Part shown: positions 30,135 to 41,104 of the stretch, one piece after another
Layout: every line of letters begins with the position of its first letter
How positions within the stretch are numbered: the first letter of the stretch is position 1
From: Candidatus Latescibacterota bacterium
Lineage (GTDB): Bacteria; Latescibacterota; UBA2968; UBA8231
DNA: 64,000 bases
NCBI GenBank assembly: GCA_965215195.1
Contig: CBDCDC010000002.1
Location: 4,320,001 to 4,384,000 of the forward strand
Reading direction: 5' to 3'
Translations under genes and position numbers: made by a program
Notes under the pieces: model-generated
Told to the model about the DNA's origin: nothing
The model's input: only the letters and a program-made list of their open reading frames with translations
The model's database searches: none

Positions 30135-30936
30135 GCAATATCTCCTGAATACCAAGCAAATGGCCCAGTTTGTCGCCGACGGCTTGTTGCGCTTTGATGA
30201 ACTGGTGCCCGACGAGCTGAATCGCGCCGCGTGCGCGGAGATGGAAACCGGGATTCCGCGGGGCAAAGCCGGCGCGCCGCTCGCCGAACTGTGGACCGAT
30301 GCGGCGGTTGGCCAAGTCGTGCGCCTGCCCAGTGTGCAGGGGATCATTCACAGCTTAGTCGGCCCCGACCCCCTCTACGACCACCACGCCGTGCATACGG
30401 TTGATGCCCACCACGAGCACGGGCAGATCTGGCACGCCGACGCGATCATCGACACCCGGCTGCACTTTGACATCCAGCTCTTTTACTTTGCCCACGACAC
30501 GCCGCGGGAGATGGGCGGCACCATGTTCCTTCCCGGCAGTATCTATCGCCGCATCAGCGAGTCGGACATCGCTCGCTATCAAAACTTCCTCGGGCAGATG
30601 CCAATGGTCTGCAAGGCCGGCACAGTGGCTGTGGCCCACCACGGCATCTGGCACTGCGCCCAGCCCAACCTAACCGGCCGCAAGCGCTACATGTTCAAGC
30701 TGCGGCTCAACCCCACGGTGCGGCAGAAGAAGCTGTGGAATACCGACGATATCGACGACGCGGATATACCCGCCCTGCTCAATGCCAACCACCGCTGGTA
30801 CGGCAACGAGGTGCGCTTAGAGGTCGTCAACCGCATCAAGCTGTGGCGCTTCTTGACCGGCGACGAAAGCTACGACGTGTCCTACTGGCTGTCGCGGCTG
30901 GAGAACGCGCCCGAAAACGAGCTGCGGGTAGCGTGA
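30124..30936 (+). CDS. Phytanoyl-CoA dioxygenase family protein
   Basis: WHAD, GGTMFLPGS and KAGTV..HHGIWH motifs. Confidence 0.85.
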   Translation: MVDKQYLLNTKQMAQFVADGLLRFDELVPDELNRAACAEMETGIPRGKAGAPLAELWTDAAVGQVVRLPSVQGIIHSLVGPDPLYDHHAVHTVDAHHEHGQIWHADAIIDTRLHFDIQLFYFAHDTPREMGGTMFLPGSIYRRISESDIARYQNFLGQMPMVCKAGTVAVAHHGIWHCAQPNLTGRKRYMFKLRLNPTVRQKKLWNTDDIDDADIPALLNANHRWYGNEVRLEVVNRIKLWRFLTGDESYDVSYWLSRLENAPENELRVA

Positions 30937-30963
30937 GCCCAAGCACAATTCAGGCTACAATAG

Positions 30964-30995
30964 GAGCCGACTTGCAACCGCAGGTCGGCTCTTTT
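30964..30995 (+). terminator. Intrinsic terminator
   Basis: GAGCCGAC...GTCGGCTC followed by TTTT. Confidence 0.75.
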
Positions 30996-31012
30996 GCGTT
31001 TTATACGCGACG

Positions 31013-31768
31013 TTAATCGGCAGACGATGGCAATGCGGCGGGTGCGGGGCTTGTGAAGACCAAGCGCGGCAATTCGTCGAAGACAGCCACGTCAGTGTGC
31101 TGACGCTCGCCGCGGCCATCGGAGAGCAGGATGGCTCCGTGGTGCTGCCAGTTGGTCCAGGGACCAGTAAAGCGCGGTTCGGCGTCGGCCGCGTCGCGGT
31201 AGAACGCCCATTGGGTCACTAACCGCGATTCTTGGTCGATCCAGACCGCGTATTTGTTCTGCGGGGTGACGCCGACGCCTTTGAACGCGAGCTCTAGCAC
31301 TTCGGCTGGGCGGCCGTCTTGGGTGGCTTCGAGGCCCCGGTAGCGCAGGGTGACGCCGGTGTCCTTGAGCTTGTAGGGCATGACCAGCCAGTACGAGTCG
31401 TTGATCCAGGCGCGGTAGCCGTGGTCGAGTTTAGCTGCGAGGGTGTCGGGGTCGCTGATCTCCACACCAGCGGCGAAGGCTCGGCCCTCTTTGCTGTGGA
31501 TGTTCATCAGCACTGTCAAATCGCCTTGCTCGAAGCGGATGTCCCCAGTCCACTTGTCCCACACGTGTAAGCGGAAACCGAAAAAGCGCCAAGTGATGTA
31601 GCGAGTGGCGTCCCAGTTGGCGCGGCCGCCCATCGCGGCCATGACTTCGTCGGCTAGAGCGATGGCTTTGGGGTCGGAACCGGCGGCGTTGAAGCCGGGG
31701 GCCGAGGGGTTGTCGCCGGCGTGGGCCGGGCCGATGAAAAAGACGAGGGGCAGGAGTAGGCGGGGCAT
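31013..31768 (-). CDS. Secreted hypothetical protein
   Basis: Signal peptide ending AHA; AMGG...W and NDSYWLVMPYKL motifs. Confidence 0.7.
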   Translation of the reverse strand: MPRLLLPLVFFIGPAHAGDNPSAPGFNAAGSDPKAIALADEVMAAMGGRANWDATRYITWRFFGFRLHVWDKWTGDIRFEQGDLTVLMNIHSKEGRAFAAGVEISDPDTLAAKLDHGYRAWINDSYWLVMPYKLKDTGVTLRYRGLEATQDGRPAEVLELAFKGVGVTPQNKYAVWIDQESRLVTQWAFYRDAADAEPRFTGPWTNWQHHGAILLSDGRGERQHTDVAVFDELPRLVFTSPAPAALPSSAD

Positions 31769-31832
31769 GAGGGCTTTTCCCGGAGAGGGTTTGCGCTAAA
31801 TGCGTTTAGAGGGAATCTCTTAGTATATGACA

Positions 31833-33653
31833 CTAAGTCTCGGGCATTACTGCTGGTAGCAATTTTTCCAGTTCGGCCAGCGGGGCCTCCAAGGTCTGGA
31901 TCGCCTCGGTCCAGAACTGAGTGTCTTCGAGGTCGCGGCCCAAGGCCCGGCGGGCCACGCCCTCGGCCGTGTCGCTGCCAGTGAGGCGGAGGAATTCCTC
32001 GTAGCGGGGCAGGAAATCGCGGCCCTCTTGTTTGAACATGGAATACAGGCCACGGCTGAGTAAGAAGCCAAAGGTGTAAGGGAAGTTGTAGAAGGTCACG
32101 CCGGTGATATAGAAATGGAGCTTCGAGGCCCAGAAGTAGGGATCTTCGCCCCCCTGTGCGAGCGCGTCGCCGAAGACGTCGCGCTGGGTTGTGACCATTA
32201 GCTCTTTGAGGCGGCTGACGGTGAGTTCGCCGCTGGTGCGCTCCTCGTAGAGCTTTTTCTCGAACTGGTAGCGCACGGGGATGTCGAGCAGGAAGATCGC
32301 GCCGTGGCCGATTTCTTGGTCGAGGGCGCTGGCCTTTTGGGCCGGGCTGAAGGAAGAGTCGGCGAGGATGCCCTCGGTGAGGATCATTTCGCCGAAGGTA
32401 GAGGCCGATTCGGCCAGAGTCATCGGGTAGAAGTGGGCGTAGGTGCGCGCGTCGCGCATGATGTAGCTGTGGAAGGCGTGGCCGACCTCGTGGGCGAGCG
32501 TGAGCACATCGCCGAGGGTGTCGTTGTAGGTCATATAGACGCGGGACTCGCGGGTCAACAGCGAGCCGGTGCAAAAGGCCCCAGGCCGCTTGCTGGGGCG
32601 GGGCGCGTGCTCAATCCATTGGCGTTTGCAGACTTGGCCGAGGAATTCGCCTAGGCGTGGATAGGCCGCCGCAAAGGAGCGGGTGACGAGGTCTGTGCCC
32701 TCTTCCCAAGAGAGTTGCCCTTGGTCGGGCAGCGGCAGCGGTGCGCCCAGATCGTACCAAGCGACGCCCTCAGTACCCATGAGTTGCGCCTTGAGGGCGA
32801 GGATGCGTCGGGGCAGCTCAATTTGCTCGGCAATAGCTGCAAACATCGCGTCGAGGGTCTTGGGCGAAATAGACGCTTGGAAGAGGGCGACATCGAGAAA
32901 GTGGTCAATGCCGCGGTGCTGATTGAGGGTCAGTCGCGTCCCCGAGATGGCATTGAGCGCGGCACAGGCGACGTCTTCGAGGCTCTCCCAAGCCCGGTTG
33001 CCGCCGTCGAAGGCAGCTTGGCGAACTCGGCGGTCGGGGTCTTCCATCAGGGCGCGGCGTTGCGATATGGGGCGGTACTCGGTGCGACCGTCGGGAAACG
33101 CCATGTCGAATTCGAGTTTGCCGGAGATCGAGTCGTAGAGACGTCCCCAAGCGTGGAGACCGTCAACGCCGAGGTCGGCAGAGAGCACCTCCTTCTCCGG
33201 GCTCATGGTGCGCTGCGCGTCTTCGCGCTGGCGGCGGAGGAAGTGGCCGCAGTCGGCCAAGGCGGGCCGTTGGGCGAACTTGGCAAAAATTTCGTCCGAG
33301 ACGTCCTTGAGCGCACGCAGGAGCTCGACATCGAGCTTTGCGCTCTCGGCTGCCAGCAGAGCAAAGGCGGCTTCCTCGCGGGCGTAATGTTCATTGCGGG
33401 CGTCGGCCGCAGTCAGGCAGCCGAGGTAGGAGCCCAGATGGGAGAGGCGGTCGGTCAAGCCCTCAGTCAGGAGGAATATGGCTTCCCAAGCGTCGGCATT
33501 GTCCTCGGCAAGCGGTGCTAGGGCGGCGGCTTGCTGACGTGCCGCCGCAAGATCCCTTTGCAGTTCCTCTTTGAATTGCCGCATGGCTGGGCCGTCAAAT
33601 TCAGCGAAATAGCTAGTCAGGTCCCAGTCCATGGCTGTCGGGGTAGTGGTCAT
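31833..33653 (-). CDS. pepF: M3B oligoendopeptidase F
   Basis: WDL start; KRPGAFC, HEVGHAFH, AESAS and FYNFPYTFG motifs. Confidence 0.9.
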   Translation of the reverse strand: MTTTPTAMDWDLTSYFAEFDGPAMRQFKEELQRDLAAARQQAAALAPLAEDNADAWEAIFLLTEGLTDRLSHLGSYLGCLTAADARNEHYAREEAAFALLAAESAKLDVELLRALKDVSDEIFAKFAQRPALADCGHFLRRQREDAQRTMSPEKEVLSADLGVDGLHAWGRLYDSISGKLEFDMAFPDGRTEYRPISQRRALMEDPDRRVRQAAFDGGNRAWESLEDVACAALNAISGTRLTLNQHRGIDHFLDVALFQASISPKTLDAMFAAIAEQIELPRRILALKAQLMGTEGVAWYDLGAPLPLPDQGQLSWEEGTDLVTRSFAAAYPRLGEFLGQVCKRQWIEHAPRPSKRPGAFCTGSLLTRESRVYMTYNDTLGDVLTLAHEVGHAFHSYIMRDARTYAHFYPMTLAESASTFGEMILTEGILADSSFSPAQKASALDQEIGHGAIFLLDIPVRYQFEKKLYEERTSGELTVSRLKELMVTTQRDVFGDALAQGGEDPYFWASKLHFYITGVTFYNFPYTFGFLLSRGLYSMFKQEGRDFLPRYEEFLRLTGSDTAEGVARRALGRDLEDTQFWTEAIQTLEAPLAELEKLLPAVMPET

Positions 33654-33788
33654 AGGGCGTTTTCCTTGCTGTGATGTAAGTGCCGGATAAAAATAACAGT
33701 GCCCTCTGGCACAAAGGCAAATTGGCCACTAGGCGATAGTCTCGGTCCTAAGTACATCTATCCCGTCCGTTTATTGTGGAGGCTCACG

Positions 33789-34433
33789 ATGCTCAAATGC
33801 GCGACTTCTCTGTGGTCGGCCGACTTGGCTAATCTCGCGGCTGATATCCGGCGCGTTGCACCCCATTCGGAGCGCTTCCACTTCGACGTGGCCGATGGCC
33901 ATTACACGCCGACTATGCTGTTCTTCCCAGATCTGGTGGCGGCCCTGCGACCGCATACGGATCGACCTTTTGAAATGCACCTGATGACGTGCGATCCGGC
34001 CGCGTGGATTGATCCCTTTGTTGAGGCGGGTGCCGATGCCATCATCTTCTGCTTTGATTCGGCCGCTGACCCGGGGGCCGTGCTGGAGGCGATCAAGGCA
34101 AGGGGACTTCAGGCCGGGGTCTCGCTCTTGCTGGAAGAGGATCTCGACCTACTCGAGCCCTATTGGACGCTATTGGATGTCTTGACGCTGATGAATACGG
34201 CGGCCGGGATCAAGGGAGCTGATATGGAGCCGCAGGCACCCGACAGGATCCGCCGGGCTAGGGACGAGATCGACCGGCGCGGCTTGGCGACAGTGGTGGA
34301 GGCCGATGGCGGGATTCGCCGCCACACCGTGCCGCAGATCGCACGAGCCGGTGCCGACTATATCGTCCCCGGCTCGCTGATGTTCGGGGATGATCCAAGT
34401 GCGATGCGGACGTGGCTAGCCGGGCTTGGATAG
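33789..34433 (+). CDS. Ribulose-phosphate 3-epimerase family protein
   Basis: SLWSAD, HFDVADGHY, EMHLM, EADGGI and VPGS motifs. Confidence 0.88.
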   Translation: MLKCATSLWSADLANLAADIRRVAPHSERFHFDVADGHYTPTMLFFPDLVAALRPHTDRPFEMHLMTCDPAAWIDPFVEAGADAIIFCFDSAADPGAVLEAIKARGLQAGVSLLLEEDLDLLEPYWTLLDVLTLMNTAAGIKGADMEPQAPDRIRRARDEIDRRGLATVVEADGGIRRHTVPQIARAGADYIVPGSLMFGDDPSAMRTWLAGLG

Positions 34434-34500
34434 CCACTAGGTCGGGTGTGGCCGCTCGTATTCGAGGGTTGGATAGTTGGAGGAAATCGTCTATGCAACT

Positions 34501-36255
34501 CTATCCAAAAGAGAGTTGCATCTGTTGATCATCTGGTCGAGTGCGAATAGATTGAGAGGAATTTTCAGTCATTCCTTTATCGCCAATGGCACTACACACT
34601 TCTCCCCAGTCGATGAAGTATTCGTCAAAATAGCGAACTGGATATTTACTGAATCTAATAATGTCCTCTCTATCGGGCCTGCGTCCCAGTTTGATAGCAA
34701 TCTCCTTGACTTCGATCTGTAGTGTTTTTTTAGGCACTTCGTACTTCTGTTTTTGTAGTCTTGCAACTCTACTGTTCTTTGCTTTTGGAGTAGTACCATT
34801 TTTTGCAAACGGATCCCTCCCTTTTTGCAGGTCTAAATGTCTCTGTTCGGCAATTGCATGATATTTAGCCGACAGTTCAATTCCAATGAATTTTCTTCCA
34901 AGCATCTCTGATGTTAAAGTCGTTGTACCTGCGCCGTTAAAAGGATCTAAAACGAGATCTCCTTCTTTGGTAAAGGTATGGATAAGTCGCTTCATCAGTG
35001 ATGGAGGTAGTTGACATGGATGATCAACTCTTTTTGAATTGTGCTTTAGCCTATGGATATCCCACCACAAATTTCCAATCGGCTGTCGGTCTGTAATTTT
35101 GTTTATATTTCTTTTTTTGATACAAGAGGTTCTAACGCAATACCATGGTTTGAGGCTCATGAAGTTTTGGGGAGTTCGCCAACTAGCTTTCTTTTCGTGA
35201 TTGGCAATTTCAATTGGCCGACCTTTACTAAAGCAAATTATTCCATAATGTGCCGGCATAATTTTTCTGATGGGTAAGCTCAATCCCTCCCAAACTATCC
35301 AATCTTGGTAATATAAAATGCTTCTCGCGAACGAAAAATGCCTGACGATCCAGAGAGGAATATTTATAATTGCAAGAGTCCGACTGGGTTTCAAAACTCT
35401 AGCTGATTCAGCTATCCATTGATCACACCATGAAAAGTAATTACTAATATCTTGGGCATCATTCCAGTTATCATATTTCTTTTTTATATTATATGGAGGA
35501 TCAGCAAAAATAAAATCTACGGAATTTTCAGGGATAGTTTTGAGGATATCTAAACAATCTCCGTTGAGTAAACGACTCCTGCCGGGGTTATTAATTATTC
35601 CGTTTGAAGAGCGGAATTTTCTCTTTTTGGAGAATGTAAGAAAGTTCCTGACATCGCAGTAAATAAGTTGGCTATAAGGTTCGTGCCCAAAGAGATCCGC
35701 TAGTCTTTCCAGAATAGCTCTTGGTGCTGTATCATTATCATAAGAAATATCGCGCCAAATATCAGACATAAGAGTCCCATAGGGGCTATAAATATGTTTC
35801 TTACCTCCGTAGTCCTTTGTTGTTTTGTTGCAGGCAGGACAGTACGTATATTCTATTTGAGTCTTGTTATGCTTCAAAGAACCCTTGTAACGGGTAAAAA
35901 CTAAGAGAGCAATATGGCCATCTGGCAAGGCCCCCAATCGCAGTATCTCTTGTTTGCGTTTGACAGCAATCCAAAGTTTGAAATAGACGCGGTTCTGAAG
36001 TTTTTCTATTATATAGCAAGCTATGTGAGGATTTGTCAAAAAACAAATTGTACTTTCTGCGGGCAATTTTTCAAGAAAATCATCGAAACCTTGCTTAAGA
36101 AATTCCACAGAAACTTTATCGTCGAGACCAATTTCTGTAGTCAAATGGAAAAGCCATACATCCGGCCGTAGTGACTTTGGCGATAATTTTTGAAAATTTT
36201 CAAATGTCCTTATTGATATATCTAAGGACTTGCAGTTTTCACTCCGGTGAGCCAT
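34501..36255 (-). CDS. Beta-class N6-adenine DNA methyltransferase with N- and C-terminal extensions
   Basis: FADPPY, HPCQLP and LDPFNGAGTT motifs; AT-rich DNA. Confidence 0.9.
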   Translation of the reverse strand: MAHRSENCKSLDISIRTFENFQKLSPKSLRPDVWLFHLTTEIGLDDKVSVEFLKQGFDDFLEKLPAESTICFLTNPHIACYIIEKLQNRVYFKLWIAVKRKQEILRLGALPDGHIALLVFTRYKGSLKHNKTQIEYTYCPACNKTTKDYGGKKHIYSPYGTLMSDIWRDISYDNDTAPRAILERLADLFGHEPYSQLIYCDVRNFLTFSKKRKFRSSNGIINNPGRSRLLNGDCLDILKTIPENSVDFIFADPPYNIKKKYDNWNDAQDISNYFSWCDQWIAESARVLKPSRTLAIINIPLWIVRHFSFARSILYYQDWIVWEGLSLPIRKIMPAHYGIICFSKGRPIEIANHEKKASWRTPQNFMSLKPWYCVRTSCIKKRNINKITDRQPIGNLWWDIHRLKHNSKRVDHPCQLPPSLMKRLIHTFTKEGDLVLDPFNGAGTTTLTSEMLGRKFIGIELSAKYHAIAEQRHLDLQKGRDPFAKNGTTPKAKNSRVARLQKQKYEVPKKTLQIEVKEIAIKLGRRPDREDIIRFSKYPVRYFDEYFIDWGEVCSAIGDKGMTENSSQSIRTRPDDQQMQLSFG

Positions 36256-36256
36256 T

Positions 36257-37291
36257 TTAGTTACCTCCTTCCATAGTTTCTGCTAGACGTCTAATATCGC
36301 CGTCACTAAGATTGATGATACAGTCGCTGTACTTGATTAAGTTCTTCACAAAAGAGCGGCGTTCAAAATTGCCAGCACCATCAACTACATACGCAATTTT
36401 ATGCCCTTTTTCACGAAGAAGCCTTTGTCTATCAGGAGCGGATTGAGCTTTCCTTTCTACTACACTGTTTGTAGTAAATTGAAAACTCACTTCAATACCC
36501 CAATAATTACCATTAGGACTTTTACCGACGATGTCAAATTTTGTATCTGTTCTACCTTCGGTCTGGCTGATGCTTGGAATCGTGGTTTGTGAGAAATCCC
36601 AACTCGGGAGATATTGAGCCAACCGCTCTTTTACATAATTCTGAGCGAGGTAACCCATCCTGTTGGACGTTGCACCTCCAGTAATTCGACTAACTAAGAT
36701 ATATCTTTCTTTAATATATTTTTCCAACCTTGGTTTGTCGCCAATCATTGAACCAATAATACATTTGTCTTCGATTTCCTTTGGTAAAAAATCATTCGTT
36801 GACAAACCACCAAATAAAATCAGGGTACTTACGTCAACAATAGAGTCTGTAAGGTCAAAACGTTGCTGGATTCCCTCTCCGTCAAGCCCTAAGCTGGGAT
36901 TACTCCACCTTCTGCCACAAAAAAGAGATTTCATCTCGTAATCGTAATTTTTGCCACGAAAGGTGAATTTGAAATTCTCGTACTTAAATTTTTCTGGAAG
37001 CTCTGCTGCAAAGCGTTTTAAGTTTTCTCCGCTGATATCGGATAAAATGCAAAGATGTTTTAAAAAAAGATTTGGATAGAGATCTTCAACAAAACCTAAA
37101 ATCTTAGTCCAATCATAAGGAGCTTTATATCCAAGTTGGAGCATACTTATAAAACTATCTTGCGTTTTAAGAAGCAGAGGGATAATACTAGAATTCTTCT
37201 CTTGCTTGGCGATTTCAGATGGCCAATAGATTACAGCATTTTCCTTCAGTTCTTCTACTGTTTCAGGATTAGGCATTACCAGATTCTCCAT
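36257..37291 (-). CDS. Type II restriction endonuclease (PD-(D/E)xK-like)
   Basis: FD...IEVSFQ.TTNS..ERK and VVDGAGN motifs; directly upstream of the methyltransferase; AT-rich. Confidence 0.75.
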   Translation of the reverse strand: MENLVMPNPETVEELKENAVIYWPSEIAKQEKNSSIIPLLLKTQDSFISMLQLGYKAPYDWTKILGFVEDLYPNLFLKHLCILSDISGENLKRFAAELPEKFKYENFKFTFRGKNYDYEMKSLFCGRRWSNPSLGLDGEGIQQRFDLTDSIVDVSTLILFGGLSTNDFLPKEIEDKCIIGSMIGDKPRLEKYIKERYILVSRITGGATSNRMGYLAQNYVKERLAQYLPSWDFSQTTIPSISQTEGRTDTKFDIVGKSPNGNYWGIEVSFQFTTNSVVERKAQSAPDRQRLLREKGHKIAYVVDGAGNFERRSFVKNLIKYSDCIINLSDGDIRRLAETMEGGN

Positions 37292-37391
37292 TTTCAGGCA
37301 AAAGTAGGGCCGATAATGACCTGACTACTGGGTAATATAGCCAATATCTAATAGCGTGGAAATATGAATTAGTGCCGCGGCTGAGGGCAAC

Positions 37392-39281
37392 TTACAGCAG
37401 CTTGCACCCGGCTAGTTCCTTGGTACTCAGGCGGATGCCGCCGGCGCGGAGCCCGCGCACGGGATATTGGCCGATGGGGAAGACCTCGTTGAGCTTGCGC
37501 AGGCGCGGCTTGGGCTTGTAGGCGAGGGCGATCTTTTTGTTAGAATCCGTGGTCAGCTTGAGCACTTTGCACTCGGCCGGCACGAGATCGTAGCTACGGC
37601 CTAAGATGAACTTGTCGATTGTGCAGCGCTTGATGTAGGAGGCACCGGCCTTGTCCTTATAGACGATGCTGAAAACTAGGTCCTTGTCGATCAAGCCGCA
37701 GTGGAGCAAGCCCTTGCCGACGAAGAGCTTGTCCGGCGCGTGGACGACCGAGTAGGTGCCGCCCTTGCGGATGGCGAGCACAGGGTCGTAGAGCGATACG
37801 TCGAAGAGGACAGTGCCGTTGATTTGGTGGCCGAGATAGCCGGTCTTTTTGTCGTAGCGGAGCTTGAGGTTGCGGTTGGCAGCCGAGCGCACATCAACTC
37901 TTTTGAGCTCCACGATTTTGGTGCGGCGCGGGAACTGGCTGCGGTAGCGACTGATGAGGTCTTGCAGGAAGGAGATGGTGTAGGGAATGATGCTGTCTAA
38001 ATGGCCCTTGATCTCGCGCAGCCGGCCGCGGATCTGGGTCATTTCCCTTTGGGCGCGGTTGGTGTCGTAGAGCGAGATGCGGCGGATTGGTATGGCGAGC
38101 AAGGCGTCGATGTCGTCGGCAGTAACGGCGCGTTTGATTTGCGCGGCAAAGGGCGCAAGCCCCGCACGCACGGCCGCGGCGATCTGCTTGGGGGAGGCTT
38201 CGCTCTCAATGGCCTCGTACACGCGGTTGGCAATGAAAATTTGCTCCAAGGTGCGGGCGTGGAGCCGGTCGTTGAGCTGGTCGGCTTCGAGGTGCAGCTC
38301 GGCCTTGAGAATATCGACGAGGCGATCGACGTTGTACTGCAAGACTTCGGTCGCGCTCATGACTTGGGGCTTGTCCTGCTGGTTGATCAGCATCAGGTGA
38401 GTCGAAATCGACATCTCGCAGTCCGTGAAGGCGTAGAGCGCATCCACGACCTCCTCGGTGTACGTGCCGCGCGGCAGTTTGATCTCGATCTCAACCTCTT
38501 CGGCTGTGTAGTCGCTGATGGTGCCGATCTTGATTTTGTTTTTGCGCACCGCGTCTTCTATGGAAGCGATAAGCTGTTCGGTGGTGGTGCCGAAGGGAAT
38601 CTCGCGGATGAGGATGCGCTTGGGGTCGGAAGCGTCGAGCTTGGCGCGGACTAAGACCTTGCCGTTGCCGTCGTTGTACGTCGAAAGGTCGGCGAGCCCG
38701 CCGGTGGGAAAATCCGGGCGAATGGCAAAGGGCCGGTCCTGCAGGTAAGCGACTTGGGCCTCTAGAAGCTCGATGAGGTTGTGCGGCAGGATCTTGGTGG
38801 CCATGCCGACGGCAATGCCCTCAGCTCCTTGGGCGAGGAGCACCGGGAGCTTGGCGGGAAAAACCACGGGCTCCTCGTTGCGGCTGTCGTACGAGGGAAC
38901 GCGTGGGGTAAGCGCTTTGTTGAAGAGGGTTTCCTTGGCCAAGGGCGTGAGGCGGCACTCAATATAGCGTGCGGCAGCGGCTTCGTCGCCCGTGTAGATG
39001 TTGCCAAAATTGCCCTGTTTCTCAATGAAAAGGTCCTTGTTGGCGAGGACGACTAAGGCCCCGTAGATCGACTGGTCGCCGTGCGGGTGGTACTGCATGG
39101 TTTGGCCGACCACATTGGCGACCTTGTGGAACTTGCCGTCGTCGATCTGCTGGAGAGCGTAGAGGATGCGCCGCTGGACGGGCTTGAACCCGTCGTCGAG
39201 GTGCGGGATGGCGCGATCCTTGATGTAGTAAGCGGCGTATCTGAGGAAGTAGCTCTCGTATAAGCGGTCTATATAGGCCAT
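37392..39281 (-). CDS. parC: DNA topoisomerase IV subunit A (short type)
   Basis: [24 protein letters not shown] and GIAVGMAT motifs. Confidence 0.88.
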   Translation of the reverse strand: MAYIDRLYESYFLRYAAYYIKDRAIPHLDDGFKPVQRRILYALQQIDDGKFHKVANVVGQTMQYHPHGDQSIYGALVVLANKDLFIEKQGNFGNIYTGDEAAAARYIECRLTPLAKETLFNKALTPRVPSYDSRNEEPVVFPAKLPVLLAQGAEGIAVGMATKILPHNLIELLEAQVAYLQDRPFAIRPDFPTGGLADLSTYNDGNGKVLVRAKLDASDPKRILIREIPFGTTTEQLIASIEDAVRKNKIKIGTISDYTAEEVEIEIKLPRGTYTEEVVDALYAFTDCEMSISTHLMLINQQDKPQVMSATEVLQYNVDRLVDILKAELHLEADQLNDRLHARTLEQIFIANRVYEAIESEASPKQIAAAVRAGLAPFAAQIKRAVTADDIDALLAIPIRRISLYDTNRAQREMTQIRGRLREIKGHLDSIIPYTISFLQDLISRYRSQFPRRTKIVELKRVDVRSAANRNLKLRYDKKTGYLGHQINGTVLFDVSLYDPVLAIRKGGTYSVVHAPDKLFVGKGLLHCGLIDKDLVFSIVYKDKAGASYIKRCTIDKFILGRSYDLVPAECKVLKLTTDSNKKIALAYKPKPRLRKLNEVFPIGQYPVRGLRAGGIRLSTKELAGCKLL

Positions 39282-41104
39282 TAGACTAGGTGCTCCATGA
39301 TGTAGTCGCGGCGTTGCGGGGTGTTTCTACCCATGTAAAAGGAGAGGGTCTGCGGCACGGTGTCTAGCGAGCGCACAGCGACCTTGACCAAGCGCATGTC
39401 GCCGTTGATAAACTGCCCGAATTCCTTGGGGGAGATTTCGCCCAAACCCTTGAAGCGAGTGACCTCGACGCTGCCCTTGAGCCGGTTCTCGGCGCGCTCG
39501 CGCTCGCGCTGGTCGTAGCAATAGAGGGTCTGGCGCTTGTTGCGCACCCGGAAGAGCGGGGTCTCCAAGATGTAGAGGTGGCCGCTGGTCACGAGCTCCT
39601 CGAAGTACGTGAGGAAGAAGGTCATCAGCAAGGTGCGGATGTGGAAGCCATCTTCGTCGGCATCCGTGGCCAAGATGACGCTGTCGTAGCGCAGATTTTC
39701 CACGTCCTCTTCAATGCCCAGCGCCATCATCATGTTGTACAGCTCTTCGTTTTTGTAGATGGCGGCGCGGGTTTTGCCACAGAGGTTTTGCGGCTTGCCC
39801 TTGAGGGTGAAGATGGCTTGGGTCTCCGGGTCGCGCGAGGAGACGATGGAGCCAGCGGCCGACTGACCCTCGGCGATAAAGATCATGGAATCCTCTCCGC
39901 GCTTCTTGTCGCCTTTGTGGTACTTGCAGTCCTTGAGCTGGGGAATTTTGATCTCAATGCGGCGCGCGGCCTCCTTGGCTTCCTTTTTAACTGCGTTCAG
40001 CTCCTTGCGCAGCTTCTCATTGTGGATGATGCGCGCTTCGAGCTTTTGCGCGGTCTCCCGATTTTTGTGCAGGAAATCGACGATGGCTTCGCGGGTCTCG
40101 TTGACGATCCAGCCGCGGACGTCGGTATTGCCCAGCTTGTTTTTGGTTTGCGACTCGAAAATCGGCTCCTTGACCTTGACGGCGACGACGCCAAAGGCCC
40201 CATCGCGGACATCGACGCCGTTGAAGGTTTTCTTGTAAAATTCGTTGACGCCCTTGAGTACGCCTTCGCGGAACGCGCTCTGGTGGGTGCCGCCGTCGGC
40301 CGTGTACTGGCCGTTGACAAAGGAACGGTAGGACTCGCCGTAGCTATGGACGTGGGTGAGGGCAAATTCGAGGTATTGGCCCTTGTAGTAAGCGGGCGGA
40401 TAGAAAACCGAGTCGCCGGCTTCGCTTTTGAGGAGGTTGAGCAGGCCCTGTTTGGACTCGAATTTTTGGCGGTTGAAGTACAGGCGCAGGCCCTGGTTGA
40501 GGCAGGCGTAGTTCCACATCCGGCGCTCGACGAACTCGTGGTTGAAGGCGAATTCGCCAAAGATGGCCGGATCGGGCAAAAACTCGACGTACGTGCCGTC
40601 GGGCGCGTTGGGCGCTCGGCTCTTCTTTTGCTTTTTCAGCTCGCCGCGCTCAAAGAGCACTTCGGCGCACCGGCCGTCGCGGTAGGAGCGGACAGCGAAG
40701 TGGGCCGAAAGCGCGTTGACGGCCTTGGTGCCGACGCCGTTAAGCCCCACGCTGAACTGGAACACATCGTCGTTGTATTTGGCACCGGTGTTGATGACCG
40801 AGACGCACTCTACTACCTTGCCGAGGGGAATGCCGCGGCCGTAGTCGCGGACCTTGACCCGCCCCTTGTCGATCTCGACGTCGATCTGCTTGCCACAGCC
40901 CATGATGAACTCATCGACGGCGTTATCGACGACCTCTTTGAGCAAGATGTAGATGCCGTCGTCGGAATCGTCCCCCGAGCCGAGGCGGCCGATGTACATG
41001 CCGGTCCGCAGACGGATGTGTTCAAGCGAAGAGAGGGTCTTGATCTTGCTTTCGTCGTACGTGGCCTTGCCGTTGGCGCGGCTGTTGATCAGAGTCTTGG
41101 CCAT
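39281..41104 (-). CDS. parE: DNA topoisomerase IV subunit B
   Basis: EVVDNAVDE, DYGRGIP, GLNGVG, EGQSA, TDADEDG and RFKGLGE motifs. Confidence 0.9.
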   Translation of the reverse strand: MAKTLINSRANGKATYDESKIKTLSSLEHIRLRTGMYIGRLGSGDDSDDGIYILLKEVVDNAVDEFIMGCGKQIDVEIDKGRVKVRDYGRGIPLGKVVECVSVINTGAKYNDDVFQFSVGLNGVGTKAVNALSAHFAVRSYRDGRCAEVLFERGELKKQKKSRAPNAPDGTYVEFLPDPAIFGEFAFNHEFVERRMWNYACLNQGLRLYFNRQKFESKQGLLNLLKSEAGDSVFYPPAYYKGQYLEFALTHVHSYGESYRSFVNGQYTADGGTHQSAFREGVLKGVNEFYKKTFNGVDVRDGAFGVVAVKVKEPIFESQTKNKLGNTDVRGWIVNETREAIVDFLHKNRETAQKLEARIIHNEKLRKELNAVKKEAKEAARRIEIKIPQLKDCKYHKGDKKRGEDSMIFIAEGQSAAGSIVSSRDPETQAIFTLKGKPQNLCGKTRAAIYKNEELYNMMMALGIEEDVENLRYDSVILATDADEDGFHIRTLLMTFFLTYFEELVTSGHLYILETPLFRVRNKRQTLYCYDQRERERAENRLKGSVEVTRFKGLGEISPKEFGQFINGDMRLVKVAVRSLDTVPQTLSFYMGRNTPQRRDYIMEHLV

